Below, piece by piece: positions 1 to 9,391 of a DNA stretch of 64,000 nt. Numbering within the stretch: position 1 is the first letter of the stretch; the number at the start of each line of letters is the position of its first letter. The position numbers and the translations under genes are program-made. Origin of the DNA: Rhodothermales bacterium (GTDB lineage Bacteria > Bacteroidota > Rhodothermia > Rhodothermales > JANQRZ01); NCBI GenBank assembly GCA_965214485.1, contig CBDCBW010000002.1:107759-171758 (forward strand). The letters run 5' to 3'. Under the pieces are notes generated by a model. That model searched no databases and was not told where the DNA came from. It worked only from the letters and a program-made list of their open reading frames with translations.

Positions 1-1292
1 CTCGGCAGGCGGGAGGCGTCGAAGGTGACGTTGTGCTGACCGGCGTCCATCGCGCCGTCAGCCAGCGTCGCCACCGCGCGGCCGCGCACGTCGTAGATCA
101 CGAGCTCGACCTGGGCGCTCTGCTCGAGCGAGAAGGCGATCTCGGTCCGCTCGGTGAACGGGTTCGGGTAGACCCCGGTCTCGCTCGTACGGGCGGCGGC
201 CTCCAGCGTCGGCCACGGCTGGACCTCGGTGAGCGTCCACTCGGTCGCGGTGCCCGCCACGCGCGCGCTCGGCGTCACGTTGACGGCGACGATGTCGGTC
301 GCCACGGCGTTGCCGTTGCTCTGGCCCACGCTGATCTCGACCGTGTAGGGGCCCAGCGGGGCATTGCCCGGGACCCTCACGCTGAAGCCTGCCGTGACGC
401 TCTGGCCGGCCTGCACGGTGCCGCCGACGACCTGCACCGGCCCGACGAGGCGCATGGTGCCGCGGAAGACCTCGTAGAAGAGGACGCCGCTCTGAGCCGC
501 AGCGGTGTTGTTCGTCACGGTGTAGGAGAACGAAGCCATGCCGCCCTGGGGCACGGACTGCGCGGCGGGCGAGGCATCGATCTCGATCGGGTCGCCAGCG
601 CCGGCCATGTCGCCGAAGGAGACGTTGTCGATGTCGACGAACTCAACCGAGACCGAGGCGAGAGCCACGACCGACGCGATGGCCGCGCCGTCCGACTTGA
701 AGCCCACGAACTGCAGGTCGAAGCCGCTGACCGTCGCCGAGCCGAGCACGTTGCCCGAGGCGTCGCGCGCCTCGATCGTCGTAGCCGTACCGGTGTTGTT
801 GAGGTCCACGTCGTAGCCCGCGCAGTCCACAGCCGGGCTGAAGTTGGCGAAGAAGTCGTCCGTGTTCTGGTTGTTACCGACCTGGACCGACGGGGCACCG
901 CCGAAGCCCTGACCGGAGACGAAGAGGTCGTCGCCGAGCCCGGAGACGGTCGTCACGGTGAGCGTGAGGCCGTCCTCGATGGAGCCGGCGGGGAAGATCA
1001 CCCCGTCCTCAGGAGGAAGCGGGGCACCGACGACGTCGAAGCTGCCGGAGGCGACGTTAGCCTCCTCGAAGGTCTCCGTCGTCAGTCCCGAGCCGCACGC
1101 GGCCTCGAAGGCCGCACGGTCGGTAAAGACCATCGCCCCGCCGCGCGTCGAGAGCACCTCGATGGAGGATGGGACGGCCGCGCGCTCTACCTGGTGATCG
1201 GGGGCTGCGGAGCGCTGGCTCTGGGCGAGCGCAAACGGGCTGAGCGTCACGAGGAGCGCCGCCACGAAGGAAAAGCGTAATGCTTTTGACAT
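1..1292 (-). CDS. Secreted protein with T9SS C-terminal sorting domain (C-terminal end runs off the window start)
   Basis: ATG at 1292-1290. It is absent from the ORF track because no stop lies inside the window. The N-terminus MSKALRFSFVAALLVTLSPFALAQ is a signal peptide. The last residues in the window, VYPNPFTERTEIAFSLEQSAQVELVIYDVRGRAVATLADG, match the T9SS CTD pattern. The + ORF 33..1280 is its Arg/Gly-rich shadow. Confidence 0.8.
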   Translation of the reverse strand, partial: MSKALRFSFVAALLVTLSPFALAQSQRSAAPDHQVERAAVPSSIEVLSTRGGAMVFTDRAAFEAACGSGLTTETFEEANVASGSFDVVGAPLPPEDGVIFPAGSIEDGLTLTVTTVSGLGDDLFVSGQGFGGAPSVQVGNNQNTDDFFANFSPAVDCAGYDVDLNNTGTATTIEARDASGNVLGSATVSGFDLQFVGFKSDGAAIASVVALASVSVEFVDIDNVSFGDMAGAGDPIEIDASPAAQSVPQGGMASFSYTVTNNTAAAQSGVLFYEVFRGTMRLVGPVQVVGGTVQAGQSVTAGFSVRVPGNAPLGPYTVEISVGQSNGNAVATDIVAVNVTPSARVAGTATEWTLTEVQPWPTLEAAARTSETGVYPNPFTERTEIAFSLEQSAQVELVIYDVRGRAVATLADGAMDAGQHNVTFDASRLP

Positions 1293-1518
1293 GGGTAGGA
1301 GGGTTGAGTAGTGAAGGGAGAGCCCACCGCCAGAAGCGGCGGCTCGGTAGGGTCCCTAATCAATGAAAAAAGAGCGTAAAAAGCTAGCCCTCCGAAAACA
1401 AAATACTGAGGCGCACCCTCGATGCTCCAAAAGCGCATCCCTCTGTCTCACCGGCGGCCTCTCCAGGGCGGCGGGCCGCTATCTTGCCGTCCCCTCCGAC
1501 CCGCCCGCTCCCCGACAC

Positions 1519-2505
1519 ATGCAAGCCGCTCCCGACCCCGCTAGCGTTGACATCGAGGCGGAGGTCTCCGCCGCGTGGCAGACCGTGGACGACCTCATCG
1601 ACGGGTTCTTCGCGCTGCTGCCGAAGCTGCTCCTCGCGGCTCTGCTGTTTCTCTTTTTCTGGCTCGTCGCGCGCGGGGTGCGCGGGATCGTGCACCGCGT
1701 GACGCCGGGGCCGGTCGACTCGAACATCGGGATCGTGCTCGGGCGGCTGGCCTATGCCGGGACGGTTCTCCTCGGCGTGCTCGTCGCGCTCACGGTGGCG
1801 GCCCCGAGCATCGGCGTGGGAGAGCTGGTCGGCCTCCTCGGGGTGGGCAGCGTGGCGATCGGGTTCGCGTTCCAGGACATCTTCCAGAACCTCCTGGCCG
1901 GCATCCTGATCCTGCTGCGCGAGCCGTTCCGCGTGGGCGACGAGATTACCTCCGGCAGCTACACCGGCACCGTCGAGGCCATCGAGACGCGGGCGACGTT
2001 CATCCGCACCTACGACGGGCGGCGCGTCATCATCCCGAACGCCGACATCTACACCGACCCGGTGACGGTGATCACGGCCTACCAGATGGTCCGCAGCCAG
2101 TACGACGTGGGGATCGGCTACGGCGACGACATCGCCGAGGCCAAGCGGATCGCGCTGGAGGCGGTGCAGGGGGTCGAGGGCGTGCTCGCCGACCCCGCGC
2201 CGGACGTGCTCACGTGGGACCTCGCCGAGAGCTCGGTCAACCTCCGGGTGCGCTGGTGGAGCCTGCCGGTGCGCGGCGAGGTGGTGGTGCTCCGGGACCG
2301 GGTCCTCCGAGCCGTCGCCGAGGCGCTCCTCGGGGCCGGGATCGACCTGCCGTTCCCGACGCGGCAGATCCTCTTCCACGACCAGACCGAGGCCACCGAC
2401 GGCGACCGCACGCGGCAGCGCGAGGGCTGGCCCGCCGGCGCGTCGCCCCCCGAGCCGGGCAACATTCCCCGCGCGCTCGCCCAGGCAGGCGGCAACGGCC
2501 CCTAG
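1519..2505 (+). CDS. MscS-family mechanosensitive ion channel
   Basis: TM helices are followed by AFQDIFQNLLAGILILLREPFRVGDEI..GTVEAIETRATFIRTYDGRRVIIPN, the MscS core. The ATG at 1519 is preferred over 1363 because 1363-1518 is AT-richer and looks intergenic. Confidence 0.85.
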   Translation: MQAAPDPASVDIEAEVSAAWQTVDDLIDGFFALLPKLLLAALLFLFFWLVARGVRGIVHRVTPGPVDSNIGIVLGRLAYAGTVLLGVLVALTVAAPSIGVGELVGLLGVGSVAIGFAFQDIFQNLLAGILILLREPFRVGDEITSGSYTGTVEAIETRATFIRTYDGRRVIIPNADIYTDPVTVITAYQMVRSQYDVGIGYGDDIAEAKRIALEAVQGVEGVLADPAPDVLTWDLAESSVNLRVRWWSLPVRGEVVVLRDRVLRAVAEALLGAGIDLPFPTRQILFHDQTEATDGDRTRQREGWPAGASPPEPGNIPRALAQAGGNGP

Positions 2506-2596
2506 TACCGCGTCAAGGTGTCGTTGACGGGTTGCCCGTGCGCGGACCCCCTGCCCGCACCGGGTCCGACGAGCGGATATCGTGTCATCGTCACGT

Positions 2597-2624
2597 CGAA
2601 TCCGTATCACCGAATCCGTATCAC
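2597..2624. repeat. Perfect 14-bp tandem duplication (cgaatccgtatcac x2)
   Basis: Read directly, in the spacer between the convergent MscS and beta-helix genes. Confidence 0.9.
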
Positions 2625-2665
2625 CTCCCGACGCCCAGAAAGACCCCAGTCGCCCACCCCCTCAC

Positions 2666-2708
2666 CACGCGGGGCCTCCCGCTCCGAAGAGACGGGAGGC
2701 CCCGCGTG
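2666..2708. terminator. Bidirectional terminator-like hairpin with a perfect 16-bp stem
   Basis: cacgcggggcctcccg / loop ctccgaagaga / cgggaggccccgcgtg, lying between convergent genes. Confidence 0.6.
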
Positions 2709-2759
2709 CCCTGAGCAGGCGCGCGTCAGCGCGCCGATGCTACGCGCTTACCGCTGCGA

Positions 2760-5700
2760 CTACCGCACGAGCGCGAGGCGGCGCGTGGCCTGCACGTCGG
2801 TGCCCGAGAGCCGGACGAAGTACAGCCCGCTGGCGAGGCCGGCGGCGCGGAGCTGCACCTCCTGCACGCGCCCGGCGGCGGGGGTGCCCCGGTAGAGCAC
2901 GGCCACCTGCTTGCCGAGCACGTCGTAGAGCGCGACCTCGACCTGCTGCGCCTCGCGCACGCCGAAGCGGAGCGTGGCGTGGTCGCGCATCGGGTTCGGG
3001 TAGGCCGTGCCGAGGAGGTAGCCGTCGGGCATCGCCACGGTCAGCGGGTCGCTGCTCTCGTCGCCGGAGCCCTCGTTGGCGACGGGCTTCCGGTCGGACT
3101 CGAAGGCACCGATGTCGGCCGTCTCGCCCTCGCGGTCGACGCCGCGCTGGTCCACGTCGAGGGCCGCGATGCCGGCGCTGAGGGCCGGGCTGCCCTCGCC
3201 GAGGGCGTGCGTCTGGGTGGAGCCGCCGTTGTCGGCGAGCGGGCCGAGGGCCGGGTCCCGCCCGGTGACGTTGTTGTCGGTGTCGCCCTCGACCGAGCAG
3301 CCGTCGGTGGACTCGATGAGGTTGTAGTCCTCGGAGTCGAGCGTGCCCACGCAGTCCGGCCCGGCCGGGGCGGTGTTGTCGCCGAGCAGCGTGTTGACGA
3401 AGGACAGGCTGCCGGCGTCGCCGTTGGCGATGCCGCCGCCGCTCGTCACCGCGGTGTTGGCCGCGACGGTGACGCTGTTGAGCGAGGCGTCGCCGCCGGT
3501 GGTCCAGACGCCGCCGCCGATGGTGCCGGTGTTGCCCGAGACCGTGCTGTTGGTGATCGTGAGCGTCCCCCCTTCGGAGAAGACGCCGCCGGCCCCGCCC
3601 GCCGAGGTGTTCATCGCGACGGTGCTCTGCTCGATCGTGACGTCGCCGCCGTCGCCGTCGTTGTGGACGCCGCCGGTCACGGGCGAGGTGTTCGCCGTCA
3701 CCGTGGAGGCGCGCACGGCGAGCGACCCGGCCGGGGAGTTCCACAGCCCGCCGCCTTCGCCGCCGGCCGTGTTGCCCGAGACCAGGCTGCTGTCGATCGT
3801 CACCGAGCCGCTGCCGCCGATGTGGAGGCCGCCCCCGTTGCCGGGGTTCGCGGCGACTTCGTTGCCGGAGAGCGTGACGCGGAGCAGCGCGGTGGAGGCC
3901 CCCGCGTTGTCCTCGAGGCCGCCGCCGGCGCGGTTGGCGGTGTTGCCCGAGACCTCGGTGTCCGTGACCGTGAGCGTGCCGCCGGTGTTGTTGAAGAGCC
4001 CGCCGCCGGAGCCGGACGTGCCCGAGGCTACGTTGCCCGTGACCGCCGCGTCGGTGACCGTGACCTCGCCGCCGTCGTTGAAGAGGCCGCCGCCGCCCTG
4101 GTCGGCCTCGTCGCCGGTGGCGGTGTTGTTCGAGACCTCGGTGCCGGCGAGCGCGAGGGTCCCGCTGCCGGAGTTCCACAGCCCGCCGCCCTCCTGCGCC
4201 TCGTTCAGCGTGAAGCTGCTGCCCGCGACGCTGACGACGCCGGCCCCGGTGATGTGGAGCCCGCCGCCGTTGCCCAAGCTGACGCCGGCGTCGTTGCCGC
4301 TCACGGTGACGCTGTCGAGCGTGGCCTCGGCGTCGGCGATCTCGAAGCCGCCGCCGGCGCGGTTGGCGGTGTTGCCCGAGACCACCGTGCTGCTGACGGT
4401 GAGCGTGCCGCCGTTGGCGAAGAGCCCGCCGCCGGAGCCGGACGTGCCGGTGGCGCTGTTGTCCGCGACCGTGGCGTTGGTGACGGTGAGGTCGCCGGCC
4501 TGGCTGAAGAGGCCGCCGCCGCCGGTGTCGGCGTCGTTGCCGGAGGCGAAGTTGCCGCTGACGTCCATGCCGTCGACGGAGAGCGTGCCGCTCGCCCACA
4601 GCCCGCCGCCCTCGACGGCGAAGTTGCCGGCGGCGGAGCCCCCGCTGATGGTGACGGTGCCGCCGCCGTCGTGCAGGCCGCCGCCGTTGCCGGGGTTGGT
4701 GCCGGCGGAGTTCCCCTGCAGCGTCACCTCGGTGAGCTCGACCGTGCCGCCGGCGTTCTCGATCCCGCCGCCGGCGCGGTTGGCGGTGTTGCCCGAGACC
4801 GTCGTGCCGCTGACCGTGAGCACGCCGTCGGTGTTGTTGAGAATCCCGCCGCCGGAGCCGGACGTGCCCGGGGCCACGTTGTCGCTGACGGTGGCACCGA
4901 GGACGATCAGCGTGCCGCCGTTGTTGAAGAGGCCGCCGCCGCCGTCGTCGGCCTCGTCGCCGCCGGCTTCGTTGCCGGAGACCGCCGTGCCGTCGACGGT
5001 CATCGTGGCACCGGCCTGGTTCCACAGGCCGCCGCCCTCGCGCACCGCCTCGTTGCCGACCACGGTGCCGCCGCTGAGGGTGACCGTGGCGGTGCCGGAG
5101 ACGTGGAGGCCGCCGCCGTTGCCGGGGTTCGACCCCGCCACGTTGCCGCCCCGGCTGCCGCCGGTGCCGTCGTCGCTGTCGCCGAGGTCCACCTCCATCA
5201 GCGTCAGCGAGCCGTCGACGATCTCGATGCCGCCGCCGGCCCGGCGGGCCTCGTTGGCGCTGATCGCGCCGCCGTCGACCGTGGCGGTGCCGTCGAGGAT
5301 GAAGAGCGCCCCGCCGGAGCCCGAGCTCCCGTCGGCGGCGTTGCCCTCGAAGAGCGTGTCGTCGACGTCGAGGCTGCCGCTCTCGAGGTAGACGGCCCCG
5401 CCGCCCTGCGTGGCCTCGTCCCCCAGGGCGACGTTGTTGACGAACCGGCTCCCCGTGACGACGAGGGTGCCGCTCGTGGTGTAGAGCCCGCCCCCGCTGA
5501 CGGTGGCGAAGCTGTTCGAGACCGTGACGTTGTCGAGCGTGAGGTTCACCCCGGTGGCCAAGCCGATGGCCCCGCCGAAGTCGGCCGCGCCGTTCGTCGC
5601 CGTCAGGTTGCGCAGCGTGACGTCGCCCGCGCCGAGCGAGACGGCGAGCACGCGCGTGTTCCCCCCCGCGTCCAGCGTGACCTGCTCGAGGCCGAGGGCG

Positions 5701-6032
5701 AGGGCCCCGTCGAGTGTGACGGCCTCGGTGATCAGGAGGCCGCCGCCGAGGGCGACCGTGCCGCCGCTGCCGCTCAGCAGCACGTCGAAGACGACGGTGT
5801 CGGCTCCGGCCTCGCCCGCGGTGCAGGCGTCGAACGCCCTGTTTTGGTTCGCGGACCGGAGCGCTTCGCGGAGCGAGCAGTCGCCGTCGGTGTTGACCTC
5901 GTCGTCGAGCGTGTTGACGGTGATCGTCGCCGCGAGCGCTTGCGGGGCGAGCAGCAGGCCGAGGGCCACGACGAGCGTCCGAAGCAGGCCGGAAGCGCCG
6001 GTCTCGGACCAGAGGGAAGCAAGGATGTACAT
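2760..6032 (-). CDS. Large right-handed beta-helix repeat protein with N-terminal CSLREA motif (choice-of-anchor-Q-like) and T9SS CTD
   Basis: Signal peptide MYILASLWSETGASGLLRTLVVALGLLLAPQALA. DGDCSLREALRSAN motif. Dozens of GGG(L/I)x coils. C-terminus AYPNPMRDHATLRFGV..LYDVLGKQVAVLY..GLYFVRL. The ATG at 6032 is preferred to 6089. Confidence 0.85.
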   Translation of the reverse strand: MYILASLWSETGASGLLRTLVVALGLLLAPQALAATITVNTLDDEVNTDGDCSLREALRSANQNRAFDACTAGEAGADTVVFDVLLSGSGGTVALGGGLLITEAVTLDGALALGLEQVTLDAGGNTRVLAVSLGAGDVTLRNLTATNGAADFGGAIGLATGVNLTLDNVTVSNSFATVSGGGLYTTSGTLVVTGSRFVNNVALGDEATQGGGAVYLESGSLDVDDTLFEGNAADGSSGSGGALFILDGTATVDGGAISANEARRAGGGIEIVDGSLTLMEVDLGDSDDGTGGSRGGNVAGSNPGNGGGLHVSGTATVTLSGGTVVGNEAVREGGGLWNQAGATMTVDGTAVSGNEAGGDEADDGGGGLFNNGGTLIVLGATVSDNVAPGTSGSGGGILNNTDGVLTVSGTTVSGNTANRAGGGIENAGGTVELTEVTLQGNSAGTNPGNGGGLHDGGGTVTISGGSAAGNFAVEGGGLWASGTLSVDGMDVSGNFASGNDADTGGGGLFSQAGDLTVTNATVADNSATGTSGSGGGLFANGGTLTVSSTVVSGNTANRAGGGFEIADAEATLDSVTVSGNDAGVSLGNGGGLHITGAGVVSVAGSSFTLNEAQEGGGLWNSGSGTLALAGTEVSNNTATGDEADQGGGGLFNDGGEVTVTDAAVTGNVASGTSGSGGGLFNNTGGTLTVTDTEVSGNTANRAGGGLEDNAGASTALLRVTLSGNEVAANPGNGGGLHIGGSGSVTIDSSLVSGNTAGGEGGGLWNSPAGSLAVRASTVTANTSPVTGGVHNDGDGGDVTIEQSTVAMNTSAGGAGGVFSEGGTLTITNSTVSGNTGTIGGGVWTTGGDASLNSVTVAANTAVTSGGGIANGDAGSLSFVNTLLGDNTAPAGPDCVGTLDSEDYNLIESTDGCSVEGDTDNNVTGRDPALGPLADNGGSTQTHALGEGSPALSAGIAALDVDQRGVDREGETADIGAFESDRKPVANEGSGDESSDPLTVAMPDGYLLGTAYPNPMRDHATLRFGVREAQQVEVALYDVLGKQVAVLYRGTPAAGRVQEVQLRAAGLASGLYFVRLSGTDVQATRRLALVR

Positions 6033-6310
6033 AGGAGCGTGTGTTGGCTGGCTCGCCTCGACGCACCTCACGCGGGTCGTCTGCAGCAAGCAGACTTCGG
6101 GCGTGCGGTAGGCTCCCTCGTGAGCACTACGGCCCCGGCCGGCGGCCGGCGGCGGGCTTGGCGGAGGAAGAAAGGCGGAGCGGTGGAGTGGTTGGATAGG
6201 ACGCAGCCACGGCGTGGCCGCATCCCCCTCGGTATCGACCGCGCCTTTCTTCTCTTTAGCGATATCGGAACCAATTCATGCCGGCTTCTCGACCCTATCC
6301 GCTCGGCGGG

Positions 6311-8140
6311 CTACGCCGCCGAGCGCTCCTGGTCGGCGTACTGCAGCTCGTAGAGCGTGCGGTAGAGGCCGCCGAGCGCGAGGAGGTCCTGGTGGGTGCC
6401 GCGCTCGCGGACCGCGCCCTTGTGCATCACCAGAATCTGGTCCGCGTCCTGGATCGTCGAGAGGCGGTGGGCCACGACGAGCGCGCTCCGGCCCTGCATC
6501 AGCGTCCCCAGCGCCGCCTGCACCAGCTCCTCGGTCTCGGTGTCCACCGACGAGGTGGCCTCGTCGAGGACGATGATCGCGGGGTCGTAGACGAGCGCGC
6601 GGATGAACGAGACGAGCTGCCGCTGCCCGTGCGAGAGCGTCACGCCGCGCTCGCCGATCTCGTGCCCCAGGCCGTCCGGCAGCACGTCGATGAAGCGGCC
6701 GGCCCCGACGAGGCCGATGGCGTGCTCGACGTCGCCCAGGTCCTTGGCCGGGTCCCCGAGGGTGATGTTCTCGGCGAGCGTGCCGGAGAAGAGGAACACG
6801 TCCTGCAAGACGAGGCCGATGTGGCGGCGCAGGTCGCGGAGCCGGAGGTGCTGCACCGGGACGCCGTCGACGCGGATTTCGCCGCGCTGCACCTCGTAGA
6901 AGCGGAGCAGCAGGTTGATGATCGTCGTCTTGCCCGAGCCCGTCGCCCCGACGAGCGCAGCGGTCTGCCCCGGCTCGACCGTGAACGACACGTCGCGGAG
7001 CACCCAGTTCGGCTCGTCGGAGTCGGGCAGGGTGCCGTAGGCGAACCACACGTGCTCGAACTCGATCCGCCCCCGGCACGGGGCGAGCGCGACCGGCGCG
7101 GCGGGCTCGGCGAGCGCCGCGTCGTGGTCGAGCACGTCGAAGACGCGCTCGCTGGCGGCCATCGCGCCCTGGAGCGTGTTGTACTGGTCGGAGAGGTCGC
7201 GGATCGGCTCGAAGAACCGGCGGACGTACTGGATGAAGGCGATCAGCGTCCCGACCGTCAGCGTCGCCCGCATCGCCTCGGTCCCGCCGAACCAGATCAC
7301 GAGGGCGAGCGCGAGGCTCGCGATGAGGTCGACCGCCGGGAAGAACAGCGCGTAGTAGAAGACGCCCTTGACCTGCGCCACGCGGTGGGCGTCGTTGATC
7401 CCCTGGAACCGGCGCAGCTCCTCGGCCTCGCGGTTGAACATCTGGACGACCGTCATCCCGGTGACGTGCTCCTGCAGGAACGAGTTCAGGCGGCTGACCT
7501 GCTCGCGCGTCTCGCGGTAGACCACGCGGACGCGGTCGCGGAAGGTCATCGTCGCCCAGAACATCAGCGGCATCACCGCGAGGGCGACGAGCGCGAGCCG
7601 CACGTTCAGGCTGAACATGAAGTACGCGATGAAGAGGAGCTGCGCGAAGCTCCCGAGGATCGAGACGACGCCCGCCGAGAGCAGGTCCGAGAGCGCCTCG
7701 ATGTCGCTCGTCGTCCGCGTGATCAGCCGCCCGATGGGGGTCCGGTCGAAGAAGCCCAGCGGCTGGCGCTGGATGTGGCGGAAGACGCGCGTGCGCAGGT
7801 CGTAGAGCGCCTGCTGCCCGACCCACTGCGTGAGGTAGCCGCCGGCGAACGCCGTCGCCCCCTGCCCGACGAGCACGAGCACGAGGAGGCCGACGATCCG
7901 CAGGAGGCCGGACACGTCGCCCTCGACGACGTGGTTGTCGATCGCGAGCTGGACGAGCTTCGGCTGGAGCGCGCCGAGGAACGCGGTGGCGAGGACGAGC
8001 ACACTCGCGACGGCCACCCGCCCCTTGTACGGGCCGAGGAACGACAGAATCCGGCGGAAGAGCCGCCCGTCGTAGACGGTGCTCTCTTTGGCCTTGCCCT
8101 CGGTGCCCGTCCGGCCGTTGGTGCTCGCGTCGTCTGCCAC
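6311..8140 (-). CDS. ABC exporter, fused permease/ATPase half-transporter (MsbA/MdlB-like)
   Basis: Six-TM region, Walker A GATGSGKTT, signature variant LSHGQ, Walker B IIVLDEATSSVD, H-loop VVAHRLS. Confidence 0.9.
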   Translation of the reverse strand: MADDASTNGRTGTEGKAKESTVYDGRLFRRILSFLGPYKGRVAVASVLVLATAFLGALQPKLVQLAIDNHVVEGDVSGLLRIVGLLVLVLVGQGATAFAGGYLTQWVGQQALYDLRTRVFRHIQRQPLGFFDRTPIGRLITRTTSDIEALSDLLSAGVVSILGSFAQLLFIAYFMFSLNVRLALVALAVMPLMFWATMTFRDRVRVVYRETREQVSRLNSFLQEHVTGMTVVQMFNREAEELRRFQGINDAHRVAQVKGVFYYALFFPAVDLIASLALALVIWFGGTEAMRATLTVGTLIAFIQYVRRFFEPIRDLSDQYNTLQGAMAASERVFDVLDHDAALAEPAAPVALAPCRGRIEFEHVWFAYGTLPDSDEPNWVLRDVSFTVEPGQTAALVGATGSGKTTIINLLLRFYEVQRGEIRVDGVPVQHLRLRDLRRHIGLVLQDVFLFSGTLAENITLGDPAKDLGDVEHAIGLVGAGRFIDVLPDGLGHEIGERGVTLSHGQRQLVSFIRALVYDPAIIVLDEATSSVDTETEELVQAALGTLMQGRSALVVAHRLSTIQDADQILVMHKGAVRERGTHQDLLALGGLYRTLYELQYADQERSAA

Positions 8141-8380
8141 GCCTTAGAGTCGGTCTGTGAAGTTCGGGAGCGAGGCGAGAGCGAGCCAAAAAGACGCGGC
8201 CGAGGCGCGTGAGCAGCCCGGTGCACCCGCATCGGGCAGAGCCTGCCCTGAGCGCAGCCGAAGGGAGCGCAACGCGGAGCGGGGCTTTGGCAGCCGCTCG
8301 CAGCCCTTCGGCATCTTCATAAACAGACTCTCAGTCGGATGGAGATGGAGGACAGACGATGGACACCCATGCTCCACTCT

Positions 8381-9304
8381 CTACCCTCCCTCCTTCAACA
8401 GGTACGCCTCTAATTCCCGAGCCGCCTCGGTGTTCTCAAACACGGACCGCGCCTCGGCCACGAGCGCGTCCGGCGTCTCGTAGCGCGCCGAGAAGTGCGT
8501 CAGCACGAGGCGCTTCGCCCCCGCGTCGCGGGCGACCTCGGCGGCCTGCCGGGCGGTCGAGTGGCCGGTCTCGCCGGCGCGCGCCCGGAGCGTCTCGCCG
8601 AAGGTGGCGTCGTGCAGGAGGAGGTCCGCGCCGGCGGCGAGCGCCCGCCCGCCGGGGCACGGCTCGGTGTCGAGGACGTAGGCGAAGACCGCCCCCGGTC
8701 GCTCCGGCCCGACGACCTCGCCGGGCTGCACGGTCCGCCCATCCGGCGTCGTCACGGCCTCGCCGCGCACGAGCCGCCCGACCTCCGGCCCGGCAACGCC
8801 GAGCGCCGCCGCCCGCTCGGCGTCCACCCGCCCCGGCCTCGGGCGCTCCTCGAAGCGGAACCCGGCGGCGAACACGCGGTGCGCCAGCGGCCGGGCCTCG
8901 ACCGTGAACGCATCGGTCTCGTAGACGACCGCGTGCTCGAAGCCCTCCTCGAGCTCGACGCACGTGAGCTCGAACGGGAGCCAGTCGTTGGCGAGGCCGG
9001 GGAGCGCGCGGAGGACCCCCCGCAGCCCCGCCGGCCCGACGAGCGTGAGCGGCTCGGTGCGCTCCAGGAGCGCGGCGGTCGCGAGGAGGCCCGGCAGGCC
9101 GTAGAGGTGGTCGCCGTGGAAGTGCGTGACGAAGACGGCGTCGATGCGCGAGCGCTTGACCCCGGCGTCGAGCAGCCGGTACTGCGTGCCCTCGCCGCAG
9201 TCGAAGAGCAGCACTCGGCCTTGGCGGCGGAGCGCGCACGCCGAGAGGTGCCGCCCGTGCGCCGGGACCGCGCTCGCCGTGCCGAGGGGGATGATTTCTG
9301 TCAC
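8381..9304 (-). CDS. rnz: Ribonuclease Z (MBL fold)
   Basis: MTEIIPLGTASAVP..LFDCGEGTQYRL...VFVTHFHGDHLYGLPGLL (HxHxDH motif). Length is 307 aa. Confidence 0.85.
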   Translation of the reverse strand: MTEIIPLGTASAVPAHGRHLSACALRRQGRVLLFDCGEGTQYRLLDAGVKRSRIDAVFVTHFHGDHLYGLPGLLATAALLERTEPLTLVGPAGLRGVLRALPGLANDWLPFELTCVELEEGFEHAVVYETDAFTVEARPLAHRVFAAGFRFEERPRPGRVDAERAAALGVAGPEVGRLVRGEAVTTPDGRTVQPGEVVGPERPGAVFAYVLDTEPCPGGRALAAGADLLLHDATFGETLRARAGETGHSTARQAAEVARDAGAKRLVLTHFSARYETPDALVAEARSVFENTEAARELEAYLLKEGG

Positions 9305-9391
9305 AGTGTCGAGGTGCGAGTACAGGGTCGAGGTGCGAGCGACGAGCGACGGGGGGGCCCGGGTCGCCGTTCGCTGCTCTTCGTTCGCCGC

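Noticed and set aside
1363-1518. Longer N-terminal extensions offered by the ORF track for many genes (1363, 6089, 13668, 17865, 18644, 24461, 25160, 31807, 32849, 40787, 41895, 43133, 45174, 48428 and others).
   Set aside because: The extensions are Arg/Pro-rich or AT-richer, and they precede an internal ATG that is immediately followed by a signal peptide or the conserved family N-terminus. The internal starts were used. Exact starts remain unverified.
2740-6353. Two additional ORFs of more than 1,100 aa (2740..6066 on -, 2979..6353 on +) overlapping the beta-helix gene. Similar giant ORFs occur at 33..1280 (+), 8495..11299 (+), 15086..17539 (-), 36251..38326 (-), 43629..46412 (-) and 53863..55950 (-).
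   Set aside because: Their translations are monotonous Arg/Gly/Pro/Ala/Asp strings with no motifs. They are out-of-frame or antisense shadows of genes that do have clear family signatures. This is the expected artefact of about 70% GC, where stop codons are rare.
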